The notes under the pieces: model-generated | What the model saw: only the letters and a program-made list of their open reading frames with translations | The model's database searches: none | What the model was told of the DNA's origin: nothing | Origin: an uncultured Acidobacteriota bacterium | GTDB taxonomy: Bacteria > Acidobacteriota > Thermoanaerobaculia > Gp7-AA8 | NCBI GenBank assembly: GCA_963741955.1 | Contig: CAVUKB010000004.1 | Coordinates: 448,001-512,000 of the forward strand | Direction of reading: 5' to 3' | Length of the DNA stretch: 64,000 nucleotides | Translations under genes and position numbers: made by a program | In this document: in pieces, positions 29,127 through 38,349 of the stretch | Position numbering within the stretch: the first letter of the stretch is position 1 | Layout: each line of letters opens with the position of its first letter

Positions 29127-29285
29127 TTACTCCTGTTCGTCGAGCTCCGTCTCGGTCATGAACTCCGACGGGTCGTCATTGCCGCAGGTGGTGCAGATTG
29201 CGGAGGTGATCTTTCCATCCTCCCATTCGAACACGTAAGTGGGCGTGTCGCACGAGAGACAGATCAGATACTCGGGCTCGCTCAT
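29127..29285 (-). CDS. Small acidic zinc-ribbon protein (52 aa)
   Basis: Hand translation MSEPEYLICLSCDTPTYVFEWEDGKITSAICTTCGNDDPSEFMTETELDEQE; two CxxC motifs; GC3-rich codons; fills the gap between genes; below ORF-track cutoff. Confidence 0.8.
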   Translation of the reverse strand: MSEPEYLICLSCDTPTYVFEWEDGKITSAICTTCGNDDPSEFMTETELDEQE

Positions 29286-29336
29286 TCCGGGAGAAGGATA
29301 TCTCCGGGCGACGGCGAATTCCAGACGTTTCCGGCA

Positions 29337-30107
29337 TTACGGAAACGTGGAAGCCGGCGAGGGGCCGACGAATACGGCGTCATTCGAACCGTTACGGATC
29401 ACCGAACCATAGAAGGAGCACGCCGGGTTGGATGCGACGGCGGCGACGGAGAAGCCCGACCCCTCCGAGACGAGAGGGAAGAAAAACTGGAGTGGTGCCT
29501 GGATGAGAGATTGTGGGCCGAGGCGAAACGTCGTTTCGGCGAGCACCCGTCCCTCGACGCGCTGGAGGATGAGCGAGACCACCGCCTCCTCCTCGCCGAG
29601 GTTCGCCACGCCGATGTTGGTGCGATGAGTCTCGTCGATGAGAAGCCCCGACACGCGCTGAGGAACCTGCATCGGTTCGTCATAGACGATCGCGAGATCC
29701 TCCGCCGTGCCCGGCCCGTTCGCATCGACCGGGTACGCGGTCGCGCGGACGCTCACCGGAATGTTGCCGGTGTTTCGGATCTCGAGAGGAGAGAGCCTCC
29801 CCGGACTTCCGAACGTCTCGGTGGCAATGTTGGTGTAGGTGATCACCTGTCCCGGCTGCATGGAGATGAACGTGACCGGCTGTTCGGGAGCTGCGACCAT
29901 GGTCAGCACGACGATGGTGTCGCGGCCGGTGTAGTTCGCGACCGTGACGTCGGTGCGCCACTGGATTCCCCCGGGGCCCGGGACCGTACCGATCACCGGG
30001 ACCCATGTCCTGCTCACCGCGCCGTCTCCGCCCAGCTCGATCTGTGCGGATCCCGTCTGTGCGACGAGTGCCAGAGCCAGCAGGAGGAGAAGGGCTCTGA
30101 ATCGCAT
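29337..30107 (-). CDS. Hypothetical secreted protein (uncharacterised beta-rich domain)
   Basis: Signal peptide MRFRALLLLLALALVAQTGSA; motifs shared with the 54238 protein. Confidence 0.8.
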   Translation of the reverse strand: MRFRALLLLLALALVAQTGSAQIELGGDGAVSRTWVPVIGTVPGPGGIQWRTDVTVANYTGRDTIVVLTMVAAPEQPVTFISMQPGQVITYTNIATETFGSPGRLSPLEIRNTGNIPVSVRATAYPVDANGPGTAEDLAIVYDEPMQVPQRVSGLLIDETHRTNIGVANLGEEEAVVSLILQRVEGRVLAETTFRLGPQSLIQAPLQFFFPLVSEGSGFSVAAVASNPACSFYGSVIRNGSNDAVFVGPSPASTFP

Positions 30108-30211
30108 CGCAGTCGATTGTAGGAAGCCGCGGCGCAACCGGCAACCGATCGGTTCCATTCTCACGTCTGGTTCGACGGGCGCGGCAGCTCCGGGGTTCCC
30201 GAATGAGTCGA

Positions 30212-31084
30212 TCAGACGAATCGCGGATTGAGCAGTCGCCCCGCCACCACCGAGATCTTCGCCGGAAACGACAGCGCCACGCGACGGTGGAGCGGAGCGA
30301 ATGGATTACGGCGGATCCGGCGGAGGACGGTGGAGTAGACACTCCCCATCAGGAGTGTCGGGAAGCGCGAATCGAACGAGAGCTCCTCGAGGAGCGGCTC
30401 GGCGGCTCGGAAGTATTGCTCGGCGCGATCGACCTGAAAGAGGATCAGTTGCCTCACGTTCTCGGTTTCGCGCCGCTGCACCAGATCCGACTCGGTCACC
30501 TCGAATCTCTCCATTTCGTCGGCGGGAACGTAGATGCGATCGCGCTCGAGATCGTCGCCGATGTCACGGGTCACATTCGTGAGCTGGAGAGCGGTGGAGA
30601 GATTGCGGCCGTACCGGGGAGCCTGGCCGGTGCGATGGCCGAAGATGGAGAGCGAGATGTCGGAGATGGACGAGGCAACCAGATCGCAGTAGTGGAGCAG
30701 TTCGTCGAACGTCTGGTAGCGGCTCTTGGTCATGTCCTGCCGGCAACCCTCGATCAATGCACGAAACGCGCTCTTCGGGATCGCGAAGTGCTGGAGGGCA
30801 TCCGCAAGGGCGATGGTGATCGCGTGCCGCGGCTGCTGGGCGTAGCAGGAATCGAGCTCGCGCTCCCACGCATCGAGGCGAGATGCGATGTCCGTTCCGG
30901 GATCGTCCGCGATGTCGTCCGCCCATCGGCAGAAGGCATACGCGGCGTACACCGCACGCCGCTTCACCGTGGGGAGGAAACGGAATCCGACCGAGAAGTT
31001 CGCTCCGTGCTTGTGGGTGATCGCCCTGCAGAGAGCATAAGCGTCGCTCGAGCTCATCGGACCCTTCGAAACAGCGCCGCTCAC
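30212..31084 (-). CDS. Phytoene/squalene synthase family protein (CrtB/HpnD-like)
   Basis: YAFCRWADDIADD, YQTFDELLHYCDLVA, ALQLTNVTRDIGDD, RIYVP; GTGA overlap with upstream gene. Confidence 0.9.
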   Translation of the reverse strand: MSGAVSKGPMSSSDAYALCRAITHKHGANFSVGFRFLPTVKRRAVYAAYAFCRWADDIADDPGTDIASRLDAWERELDSCYAQQPRHAITIALADALQHFAIPKSAFRALIEGCRQDMTKSRYQTFDELLHYCDLVASSISDISLSIFGHRTGQAPRYGRNLSTALQLTNVTRDIGDDLERDRIYVPADEMERFEVTESDLVQRRETENVRQLILFQVDRAEQYFRAAEPLLEELSFDSRFPTLLMGSVYSTVLRRIRRNPFAPLHRRVALSFPAKISVVAGRLLNPRFV

Positions 31085-32241
31085 GATCGCTCCTCCGCGG
31101 GTCCGAGCGGCGGGGTCTTCATCTCCGTGTCACGGGCGCGGCACCAGTGCTCACCCGGTTTGTGCTGGCAGCGTCCCTTCTGCTTCCAGAGTCGCTCGAC
31201 GAGGGGGAGAAGTGGTCGCTTCCACCAGCTGTACCGGTGCCATCCCGCGAGGTAGCGCCGGAAGTCCTTCGCGCCGCCTGCCTGCCGGATGAAGAGCGAC
31301 AGTCCGGCGTTCCCTCCGCTCTCGTAGAGGAAACGATTGACCAGGCCGGTCTTCTGTCTCGCGCCGATCTCGGCCATCCAGAGCTCGTCGTAGCTGCGGT
31401 TCTCGAGAATGCTCCTCGCGGCGAGATGGCCGGTGGTGATGGCGTATCGGATTCCGAGGCCGAACAGATAGTCCTGAAATCCGCCGGCCTCGCCGACGTA
31501 TCTCGAACCATTCTTCGAAGCGTGCTCTTTGAGGTGAAAGTTCATGTACGAATAGCCGGTGCGGAGCTCGCGCCCATGATCGAACGGACGAATCGCCTCC
31601 GCCGCAGCGAGTGCCCGCTCGAAATATCCGTCGATATTGCGGAAGTCGGAGACGATCGCGCAACCGAACGTTCCGACGCCATCGAGGATGAAGAGATACG
31701 AGTATCCCCCCGGAGAGACGCGGTGATCGAAGTAGACTTCGACCCGTTCCGCTTCGCTCGAGACGAACGTGATCTCACGGGCCAGCCCGTCCGGAGTGGC
31801 CGGACCGGTGGCGACGATCGCAGCCTCGTCGGGCGCGAGACGGCTGCCGAAGCGGACGTCGACCCCGAGGGCGAGAGCCTGCGCGAGGAGCCCACGGTCG
31901 AGCGAACCTTCGATCGGTCCCCGCCGGATGAAATATCCGTACGGCACGCTGCTGCGAATCGCGCGTGAGCGGCCGCGGTGATCGTAAAACCTCGCCTCGG
32001 TGGACGGCCGAACGTAGAAGTTCGTCTCGATCCCGATGCGACGGAGAAAGTCGGGGACGGTCTCTTCGGCCGACGCGTTCTCGATGATCTGCAGGTCACC
32101 GATGAATCGGGCGCCGACGTCGGGCTTCGCCTCGTGCACCTCCACCATACGGTCCGCGCGGGCGAGCGTGATCGCGGCAGCCAATCCGGACGGGCCGGCG
32201 CCGGCGATGCGAATCGGTGGTGTGTTCCCGGTCTGTGTCAC
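31081..32241 (-). CDS. FAD-dependent oxidoreductase, geranylgeranyl-reductase-like
   Basis: IAGAGPSGLAAA, PGGYSYLF, VGEAGGFQDYLFGLGIRYAITTGHLAA. Confidence 0.75.
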   Translation of the reverse strand: MTQTGNTPPIRIAGAGPSGLAAAITLARADRMVEVHEAKPDVGARFIGDLQIIENASAEETVPDFLRRIGIETNFYVRPSTEARFYDHRGRSRAIRSSVPYGYFIRRGPIEGSLDRGLLAQALALGVDVRFGSRLAPDEAAIVATGPATPDGLAREITFVSSEAERVEVYFDHRVSPGGYSYLFILDGVGTFGCAIVSDFRNIDGYFERALAAAEAIRPFDHGRELRTGYSYMNFHLKEHASKNGSRYVGEAGGFQDYLFGLGIRYAITTGHLAARSILENRSYDELWMAEIGARQKTGLVNRFLYESGGNAGLSLFIRQAGGAKDFRRYLAGWHRYSWWKRPLLPLVERLWKQKGRCQHKPGEHWCRARDTEMKTPPLGPAEERS

Positions 32242-32326
32242 GTCCGTCGATTCCGCGTATCATTCCGCAGCAACCGCTGCGATCAACCGGGGTGTGTGGG
32301 TCCGAATTCCGCAGAGCAGGGGAGGA

Positions 32327-34033
32327 ATGAGTATCGAACCAGCCGACCAGAAGGAGCGGGAGGAGGAACCGGGCCGGCGCGTAGACCGCCACGGCGGACA
32401 CGGGGCAGGATACGCCATCCTCGTGGCGCTCGGGATCTTCCTCAGCCGCGTCGCCGGACTGATCCGCCAGCGGGTCTTCGCTCACTACTTCGGCAAGTCG
32501 ATGGCCGCCGGCATCTTCCAGGCCGGGCTGCGGATTCCGAATTTTCTGCAGAATCTTTTCGGCGAGGGAGTTCTCTCCGCGGCATTCATCCCGGTCTACT
32601 CGCGGCTCCTCGCGGAGGGTGACGAAGAGACGGCGGGACGGGTGGCGGGTGCGGTGGCGGCGCTCCTGGCCCTGATCATCTCCGTGATCGTGCTGATCGC
32701 AGTTCTGACTACGCCGTGGATCGTCAATTTGATCGTGCCCGGGTTCGAAGGGGTGGCACGTGACCTCACCATTCGGGTGGTGCGGATCCTCTTTCCGGGT
32801 GTGGGACTGCTGGTGCTGAGTGCGTGGTGTCTCGGAGTGCTGAACAGCCACCGGAAGTTCTTCCTCTCCTACGTCGCACCGGTGCTCTGGAATGCGGCGA
32901 TGATCACGACCATGATCGCACTCGGCGGCGCGCTCCGTCAGGCCGATCTGGCCGTCGCACTGGCGTGGGGGACGGTCGTGGGGTCAGGACTCCAGTTCGG
33001 GGTCCAGCTGCCATTCGTCTTCCGTTACGCTCCGAAACTCCACTTTCGCCTCGACACGCTTCTCCGGCCGGTGAGGACGGTGATCCGGAATACCGGTCCG
33101 GTCATCCTCAGCCGAGGCGTGGTCCAGATCAGCGCGTACGTCGACCAGGTCATCGCGAGTTATCTTCAAAATGGTCCGGGAGCGGTGGCGATCCTCGGAT
33201 ACGCGCAGACGCTCTATCTCCTCCCGATCAGCCTGTTCGGAATGTCGGTCGCGGCCGCGGAGCTGCCCCAGATGTCGAGCGCTGTGGGCACGCCGGAGGA
33301 AGTCGCCGAAGCTCTCAGGCGACGTCTCTCTGCCGGGGTGCGTCAGATCGCGTTCTTCGTCATCCCGACCGTGGTCGGGTTTCTCCTGGTCGGTCGCGCG
33401 CTCGTCGCAGCGCTCTACCAGACCGGCCACTTCGGCGGCGCCGACAGCGTCTATGTCTGGTACGTGCTGGCGGGATCGACCATCGGGCTTCTCGCGGTCA
33501 CCCGGGGTCGTCTCTACAATTCGGCGTTCTACGCTCTGCACGACACGAAAACGCCTCTCTGGTTCGCGATGATCCGGGTCACGCTGACTGCGCTGCTCGG
33601 ATTTCTCTTCGCCTTCCCGCTCCGGCCGGTGGTCGCGTGGGTCATCGTCACTCTGCTCCACCTTCCCGCGCCTCGTGCGGTCGATGCAGCGATGGTCTTC
33701 GGGACGGCAGGGCTGACCGCGTCCGCGGGGATGTCGGGATGGCTCGAATACCTCCTGCTCAGGAGAGCGATGCAGAGGAGGATCGGCCGAGTGACCGTCG
33801 CGCTGAAGTACCACCTCAAACTGTGGGGAAGCGCTCTGATTGCGGGAGCTGCGTCGCTGGCGGCATACGTCACGGTCATGCCGCGGCTCTCGGCCGTCCT
33901 TCCATCGAACCTCGCTCCAGTGGCCGCGGGTGCAGCGGTGCTCGCGGTCTTCGCGGTCATTTACCTTCCGGGAACCTGGCTGCTCGGAGTCGAAGAGTCG
34001 TCGAGGCTCGTGAAACGGCTGAGGCGAGGGTAG
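32327..34033 (+). CDS. murJ: Lipid II flippase MurJ
   Basis: SRVAGLIR, RIPNFLQNLFGEGVLSAAFIP, LPISLFG, AFYALHDTKTP; about 14 TM helices. Confidence 0.93.
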   Translation: MSIEPADQKEREEEPGRRVDRHGGHGAGYAILVALGIFLSRVAGLIRQRVFAHYFGKSMAAGIFQAGLRIPNFLQNLFGEGVLSAAFIPVYSRLLAEGDEETAGRVAGAVAALLALIISVIVLIAVLTTPWIVNLIVPGFEGVARDLTIRVVRILFPGVGLLVLSAWCLGVLNSHRKFFLSYVAPVLWNAAMITTMIALGGALRQADLAVALAWGTVVGSGLQFGVQLPFVFRYAPKLHFRLDTLLRPVRTVIRNTGPVILSRGVVQISAYVDQVIASYLQNGPGAVAILGYAQTLYLLPISLFGMSVAAAELPQMSSAVGTPEEVAEALRRRLSAGVRQIAFFVIPTVVGFLLVGRALVAALYQTGHFGGADSVYVWYVLAGSTIGLLAVTRGRLYNSAFYALHDTKTPLWFAMIRVTLTALLGFLFAFPLRPVVAWVIVTLLHLPAPRAVDAAMVFGTAGLTASAGMSGWLEYLLLRRAMQRRIGRVTVALKYHLKLWGSALIAGAASLAAYVTVMPRLSAVLPSNLAPVAAGAAVLAVFAVIYLPGTWLLGVEESSRLVKRLRRG

Positions 34034-34059
34034 TCCGGGGGGATCGCGCAACCCTCGCC

Positions 34060-34107
34060 CAGGCCGCTATCCGTCTCCGCAGCAGAGACGGTGTGAGAAA
34101 TGCGGGC
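34060..34107 (-). mobile_element. Family C MITE, truncated end
   Basis: Reverse complement matches 18705-18752 with 3 mismatches; joined via TA to family B. Confidence 0.8.
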
Positions 34108-34109
34108 TA

Positions 34110-34270
34110 GGAGTCTGCGCGGTAGAAACTGTCCTACTGCGAAAGCGGATCAACGGTCCAAATCCACCCGGATTTTCGGCGAGTAGCCACCGCTACGCAC
34201 CTCAAATCCGAACGAATTTGGCCTCGTTGCTCCGCTTTCTCGCTACGGACGTTTCTATCGCGCAGACTCC
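34110..34270 (+). mobile_element. Family B 161-bp palindromic MITE, copy 1
   Basis: 20-bp TIRs GGAGTCTGCGCGGTAGAAAC / GTTTCTATCGCGCAGACTCC; TA on both sides (CTAG context). Confidence 0.88.
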
Positions 34271-34272
34271 TA

Positions 34273-34433
34273 GGAGTCTGCGCGGTAGAAACTGTCCTAC
34301 TGCGAAAGCGGAGCAGCGGTCCAAATCCGCCCGGATTTTCGGCGAGTAGCCACCGCTACGCACCTCAAATCCGAACGAATTTGGCCTCGCTGCTCCGCTT
34401 GCTCGCTACGGACGTTTCTACCGCGCAGATTCC
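34273..34433 (+). mobile_element. Family B 161-bp MITE, copy 2 (tandem)
   Basis: Near-identical to copy 1, separated only by TA. Confidence 0.88.
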
Positions 34434-34445
34434 GAGCGCTTCTCT

Positions 34446-37142
34446 TTACTCCTTCACGACGCGGAACCCGATGTACTCCGGCGCGGTGGTCGGCTCTCCT
34501 TCCCTCCCGTCGAACGGACGATCCGCGGAAGCGCCCATCGCTTTGCCACTCCCATCCGGCATTACCACCCATTCGGCCGCGTTGCCATCGAGATCGAACA
34601 CGGGATCGTCTCCGGAACCCTTGAAGCTTCCGACCGGTTTGAGGAGAACCGTTCCGCTGCCGAGCTTCGCAATCTCGGGAGCCAGCCTCGCCGCGTCGTC
34701 GGGATTGACTGCGTATCCGGCCCAGTAGTCGAGAGTGTTCCCGTGCCCATCTCCGTCGTAAAGCTTCGTCGCTTCCTCCTGGTTCGGAAGGCGGTAATGC
34801 TCACCGCTCTTCTGCGACAGCCATGCGCAATACGCGATTGCCTTCTCGAGCGGAACTCCGGTGACCGGATAGTTCTCCGTTCCGGTGGCGACGGCGTAAC
34901 TCGGATCGAAGCGGGCGTACTCTGCCCGGGTCACCTCGAACCGTCCGACCTGCACTCCGTGATGCTTCACCACCTGGGGCGCGCGTACGCCGTCGCGGTC
35001 GACTCCCGGGGCGTTCGGTGAGCTCCCGGCGTGCAGCCGCAGCGCGACGTCGAGAGGTGAGCCGGGCTGCAGCGCCTCGTTCTTCACGTCTGGGTCGTTG
35101 AAGAGGTACTTGTCGAACCACGCCAGCTCTTCGACCAGCTTCCGGTGCTGATGAGTGAGCTTGCTGGGGCCATGACCTTCGCCGGGAAAGAGGACGAAGC
35201 GGACGTCCGTCTTGCCGAGTTGCTGGAGTGCCCGGTAATGCATCCACCCCTGCTGCGTCGGAACCTTGCGGTCTTCGGTCCCGAAGAAGATCAGGGTCGG
35301 AGTGGTGACGCGGTCGAGGTGGTAGAACGGCGACTTCGACATGTAGAGCTGAGGATCTTCCAGCGGTGATTTGCCGAAGTAGTAGTTGTCGAACGACGCG
35401 CCGAACTCGCAATTGCCCCAGTCGCTCGCCCAGTCGACGTCCCCCGCTCCGGAGGAGGCGACTTTGTATCGATTCGTGGCGACGGTGAGGGCGGTGGTGA
35501 GGATGCCGCCGTTCGACCATCCCATCACCCCGAGCTGGTTCGGGTCGACCAGACCCTTCGCGATCACGGCATCCACTCCCGATTCGATGTCGGGGATCTC
35601 GAGCTCGTAGTACTTCCCACCGGAGATCGATTCGGCCCAGTCGAGTCCATATCCGGAACTGCCGTGGTAGTTGACCTTCAGAACGAACGCACCCCGTTCG
35701 GTCATCAGCATCGCGGGATACGCCCATCGTTCCTGCCAGGCGTCGAGGTCGACGCCGGTGGGACCACCGTGGATCATCACCACCAGAGGCGACTTCGTTC
35801 CCTTCTTCCAGTCCATGGGGTAGTAGAGGAGTCCTTCGACCTGGTCTCCTCCCGCCCCTTTCCAGTGCACCGTCTCGACGCGAGGCTTCGGTTTGTCCTT
35901 GAACGAAGGGTTCAACTTGGTGATCTGAAGAGGTGCGCCGAGGGTGTTTCCGTCCAGCGACGCGCGAAACCACTGGTCGGGCGTATTCGCGGTGCTGTAG
36001 TGATAGACCACCGACTTCCCGTCCCGGGCAGCTTCGATGCCGAAGATGTGACCGGCGTTCGGTCCTTCGACGAGGAAGCGCTCCCATTCACCGCGGCTCC
36101 GCTTCATCAGAGCGAGCTTGTTGGTGACGCCGTCGGCGAGAAGGGCGAGGAATCCATCCGGAACCACTGCGATGTCTTCGGCCAGCCCCTTGTCCCATGC
36201 CGTGTAGATCTTCTGTGGTCCTTCGCCTCCGACGGTGTATTCGTACACCTCGGTGATCGTGGCGTTCACGTATCGGGGATCGCGGGTGGTTTCGCTGGTC
36301 ACGTAGAACCGGTGGTCATTGGCCCAGTGAATCGAGCGGACGTTGTAGAGCGGCTCGGCGAAGATCGGCGTGCTGGTGCGGCTGGTCAGATCCCACAAAC
36401 GCACCGCGGGCTTTACTTTCTGATCATAGACGTAGTGGAGGCTGCGGTCGTGGATGGTGACCGCCCAGCGGCCGTCGGGTGACACCGCGACCGAACCGAT
36501 CCGGTCCTGATTGTTGGTCAACCTCTCGACCTTCTTCTCTTTCACCCCGATTCGAAAGAGCCGGACCGGCGGTTCGTGAATCTCATCGTCCACCACGCGG
36601 GAAGAGTCCTTCCGCTTTTTCGTCTCCTGCTCGTAGCGGGAGGGTTCTTCCTTTGCCGTGAAGACGAGATTGTCCGGTCCGGCCCAGGAGAGCTCTTCGA
36701 CGTCACGATCGGACTTCGTGAGCTGCCACGGTTCGCCTCCGTTCGGGTCGATCAGCCAGATCTGGCGCTTCGGTTCCTTGGAATCGTCACCCGCCGAAGA
36801 ATCCGAGCGGCGGGAGACGAACGCGATCAGCTTTCCATCCGGAGCCCATTTCGGGTCGGATGCCCCTTCCGGACCACGGGTCAGCTCGATGCTGCTGCCG
36901 TCCGCGAGACGAGTGAGCACGAGGTTGTCCACTCGGCGATCCTTTTTCTCATCGGCAGTATTGCGAACCCAGACCACTCGGTCGCCGAGCGGCGAGATCT
37001 CGAACGACCGTCCCTGCTGGGCAAGGATCAGATCGCTTGGTTTCCAGGAGAAATCCCGCGCGGAAGCAGATTCGGTGAATCCGGCAGCGGCGGCGACGGC
37101 GAGAAGAGAGGCGAGAGAGAGAAGCGCAAAGCCGCGTTTCAT
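34446..37142 (-). CDS. Secreted S9 prolyl oligopeptidase-family peptidase with C-terminal FGE/SUMF1-like domain
   Basis: Signal peptide; WD40/PD40-like propeller repeats; IHGGP, GWSNGG, DRKVP, GEGHG; C-terminal FEVTRAEY...YRLP...DLDGNAAEW...IGFRVV. Confidence 0.9.
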   Translation of the reverse strand: MKRGFALLSLASLLAVAAAAGFTESASARDFSWKPSDLILAQQGRSFEISPLGDRVVWVRNTADEKKDRRVDNLVLTRLADGSSIELTRGPEGASDPKWAPDGKLIAFVSRRSDSSAGDDSKEPKRQIWLIDPNGGEPWQLTKSDRDVEELSWAGPDNLVFTAKEEPSRYEQETKKRKDSSRVVDDEIHEPPVRLFRIGVKEKKVERLTNNQDRIGSVAVSPDGRWAVTIHDRSLHYVYDQKVKPAVRLWDLTSRTSTPIFAEPLYNVRSIHWANDHRFYVTSETTRDPRYVNATITEVYEYTVGGEGPQKIYTAWDKGLAEDIAVVPDGFLALLADGVTNKLALMKRSRGEWERFLVEGPNAGHIFGIEAARDGKSVVYHYSTANTPDQWFRASLDGNTLGAPLQITKLNPSFKDKPKPRVETVHWKGAGGDQVEGLLYYPMDWKKGTKSPLVVMIHGGPTGVDLDAWQERWAYPAMLMTERGAFVLKVNYHGSSGYGLDWAESISGGKYYELEIPDIESGVDAVIAKGLVDPNQLGVMGWSNGGILTTALTVATNRYKVASSGAGDVDWASDWGNCEFGASFDNYYFGKSPLEDPQLYMSKSPFYHLDRVTTPTLIFFGTEDRKVPTQQGWMHYRALQQLGKTDVRFVLFPGEGHGPSKLTHQHRKLVEELAWFDKYLFNDPDVKNEALQPGSPLDVALRLHAGSSPNAPGVDRDGVRAPQVVKHHGVQVGRFEVTRAEYARFDPSYAVATGTENYPVTGVPLEKAIAYCAWLSQKSGEHYRLPNQEEATKLYDGDGHGNTLDYWAGYAVNPDDAARLAPEIAKLGSGTVLLKPVGSFKGSGDDPVFDLDGNAAEWVVMPDGSGKAMGASADRPFDGREGEPTTAPEYIGFRVVKE

Positions 37143-37329
37143 GAAGGCTCCTTGGACGGCGTGGTGGTGCGAGGGCCGCCGGCCGATTGTACGGGAGGAA
37201 CTGCCGGGGAGAAAACCGGAGGTCCTCGGATGCGAACCTGGCATCGCTCTTTCTTGTTAACATGCCGTGGTCTTGAGCGAAGGAGTCGAAAAGCCGGTCA
37301 TGGGACCTTCCGGGGGGGAGGTCCTCGGC

Positions 37330-38349
37330 ATGCATCGGGAGGCGGCGGGCGAGCCGCTGCTGGAGATCCGCGACCTCACCACGGCTTTTTACTCGGAACG
37401 CGGCGCCGCCCGCGCAGTCGACCGCATTTCTTTTGCTCTTCCGAAAGGTGAGGCGACCGCGCTGGTCGGGGAATCGGGGTCGGGAAAGAGCGTGACGGCG
37501 CTCTCGATCATGCGCCTGATCTCTCCCCCGGGGAAGATTCTGTCGGGGGAGATCCTCTTCCGCGGTGACGATCTCCTGAAGCTTCCCGAGTCGGAAATGC
37601 GGCGGCGCCGCGGAAACGACATCGCGATGATTTTCCAGGAGCCGATGACTTCCCTCAATCCGGTCTTCCGAGTCGGCTATCAGATCGCCGAAGCGATCCG
37701 GCTCCACCGTGACGTCAGCAAGAAAGAGGCGAAGGAGCAGGCCGCGGCGATGCTCGAGCTGGTGGCCATTCCCGATCCGCACAAGCGTCTCGACGACTAT
37801 CCCCATCAGATGTCCGGCGGGATGCGGCAGAGGGTGATGATCGCGATGGCTCTCGCCTGCGAGCCGGAGCTGCTGATCGCGGACGAGCCGACTACGGCAC
37901 TCGACGTCACGATCCAGGCGCAGATCATGGAGATCCTCGCCAACCTTCAGGAGAAGCTCGGGCTCACGGTTCTGCTCATCACCCACGATCTCGGCGTCGT
38001 CGCGGAGTTCTGCCATCGGGTGGTGGTCATGTACACCGGGCGAGTGGTCGAAGAAGCATCGGTCCGGGAGCTCTTTGCCGACCCGAGACATCCGTACACC
38101 CGAGGACTTCTCGGCTCGCTCCCTTCGCTCGACGAGTCAGGATCTCCGGAGAAGAGGCTTCCGGCCATCCCGGGAATGGTTCCGGGGATCGGGAATCTTC
38201 CTCGGGGGTGCAAGTTCAACACGCGTTGCCAGGACGTGATGCCGGTCTGCTATGGACTCGAGCCGGCGCGCATCGTCGTCGGAGAGGACCACGACGCGCG
38301 CTGTTATCTCTACGGGGAAGAGGCCGATCCCGAGAGGGTGGAGGATTGA
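37330..38349 (+). CDS. Oligopeptide/dipeptide ABC ATP-binding protein (OppD/DppD-like)
   Basis: [34 protein letters not shown], Cys-rich C-terminus; start uncertain. Confidence 0.92.
   Translation: MHREAAGEPLLEIRDLTTAFYSERGAARAVDRISFALPKGEATALVGESGSGKSVTALSIMRLISPPGKILSGEILFRGDDLLKLPESEMRRRRGNDIAMIFQEPMTSLNPVFRVGYQIAEAIRLHRDVSKKEAKEQAAAMLELVAIPDPHKRLDDYPHQMSGGMRQRVMIAMALACEPELLIADEPTTALDVTIQAQIMEILANLQEKLGLTVLLITHDLGVVAEFCHRVVVMYTGRVVEEASVRELFADPRHPYTRGLLGSLPSLDESGSPEKRLPAIPGMVPGIGNLPRGCKFNTRCQDVMPVCYGLEPARIVVGEDHDARCYLYGEEADPERVED

Noticed and set aside
34110-34433. Tandem repeats as a CRISPR array
   Set aside because: Units are 161 bp and near-identical throughout, with no unique spacers and no cas genes
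34446-34560. DGR variable region at the C-terminus of the FGE-like domain
   Set aside because: No template repeat differing at adenines and no reverse transcriptase in the window; a remote DGR cannot be excluded
37239-37254. sigma54-like TGGCATCGCTCTTTCT before oppD
   Set aside because: The -12 element reads TC instead of GC; too weak to call
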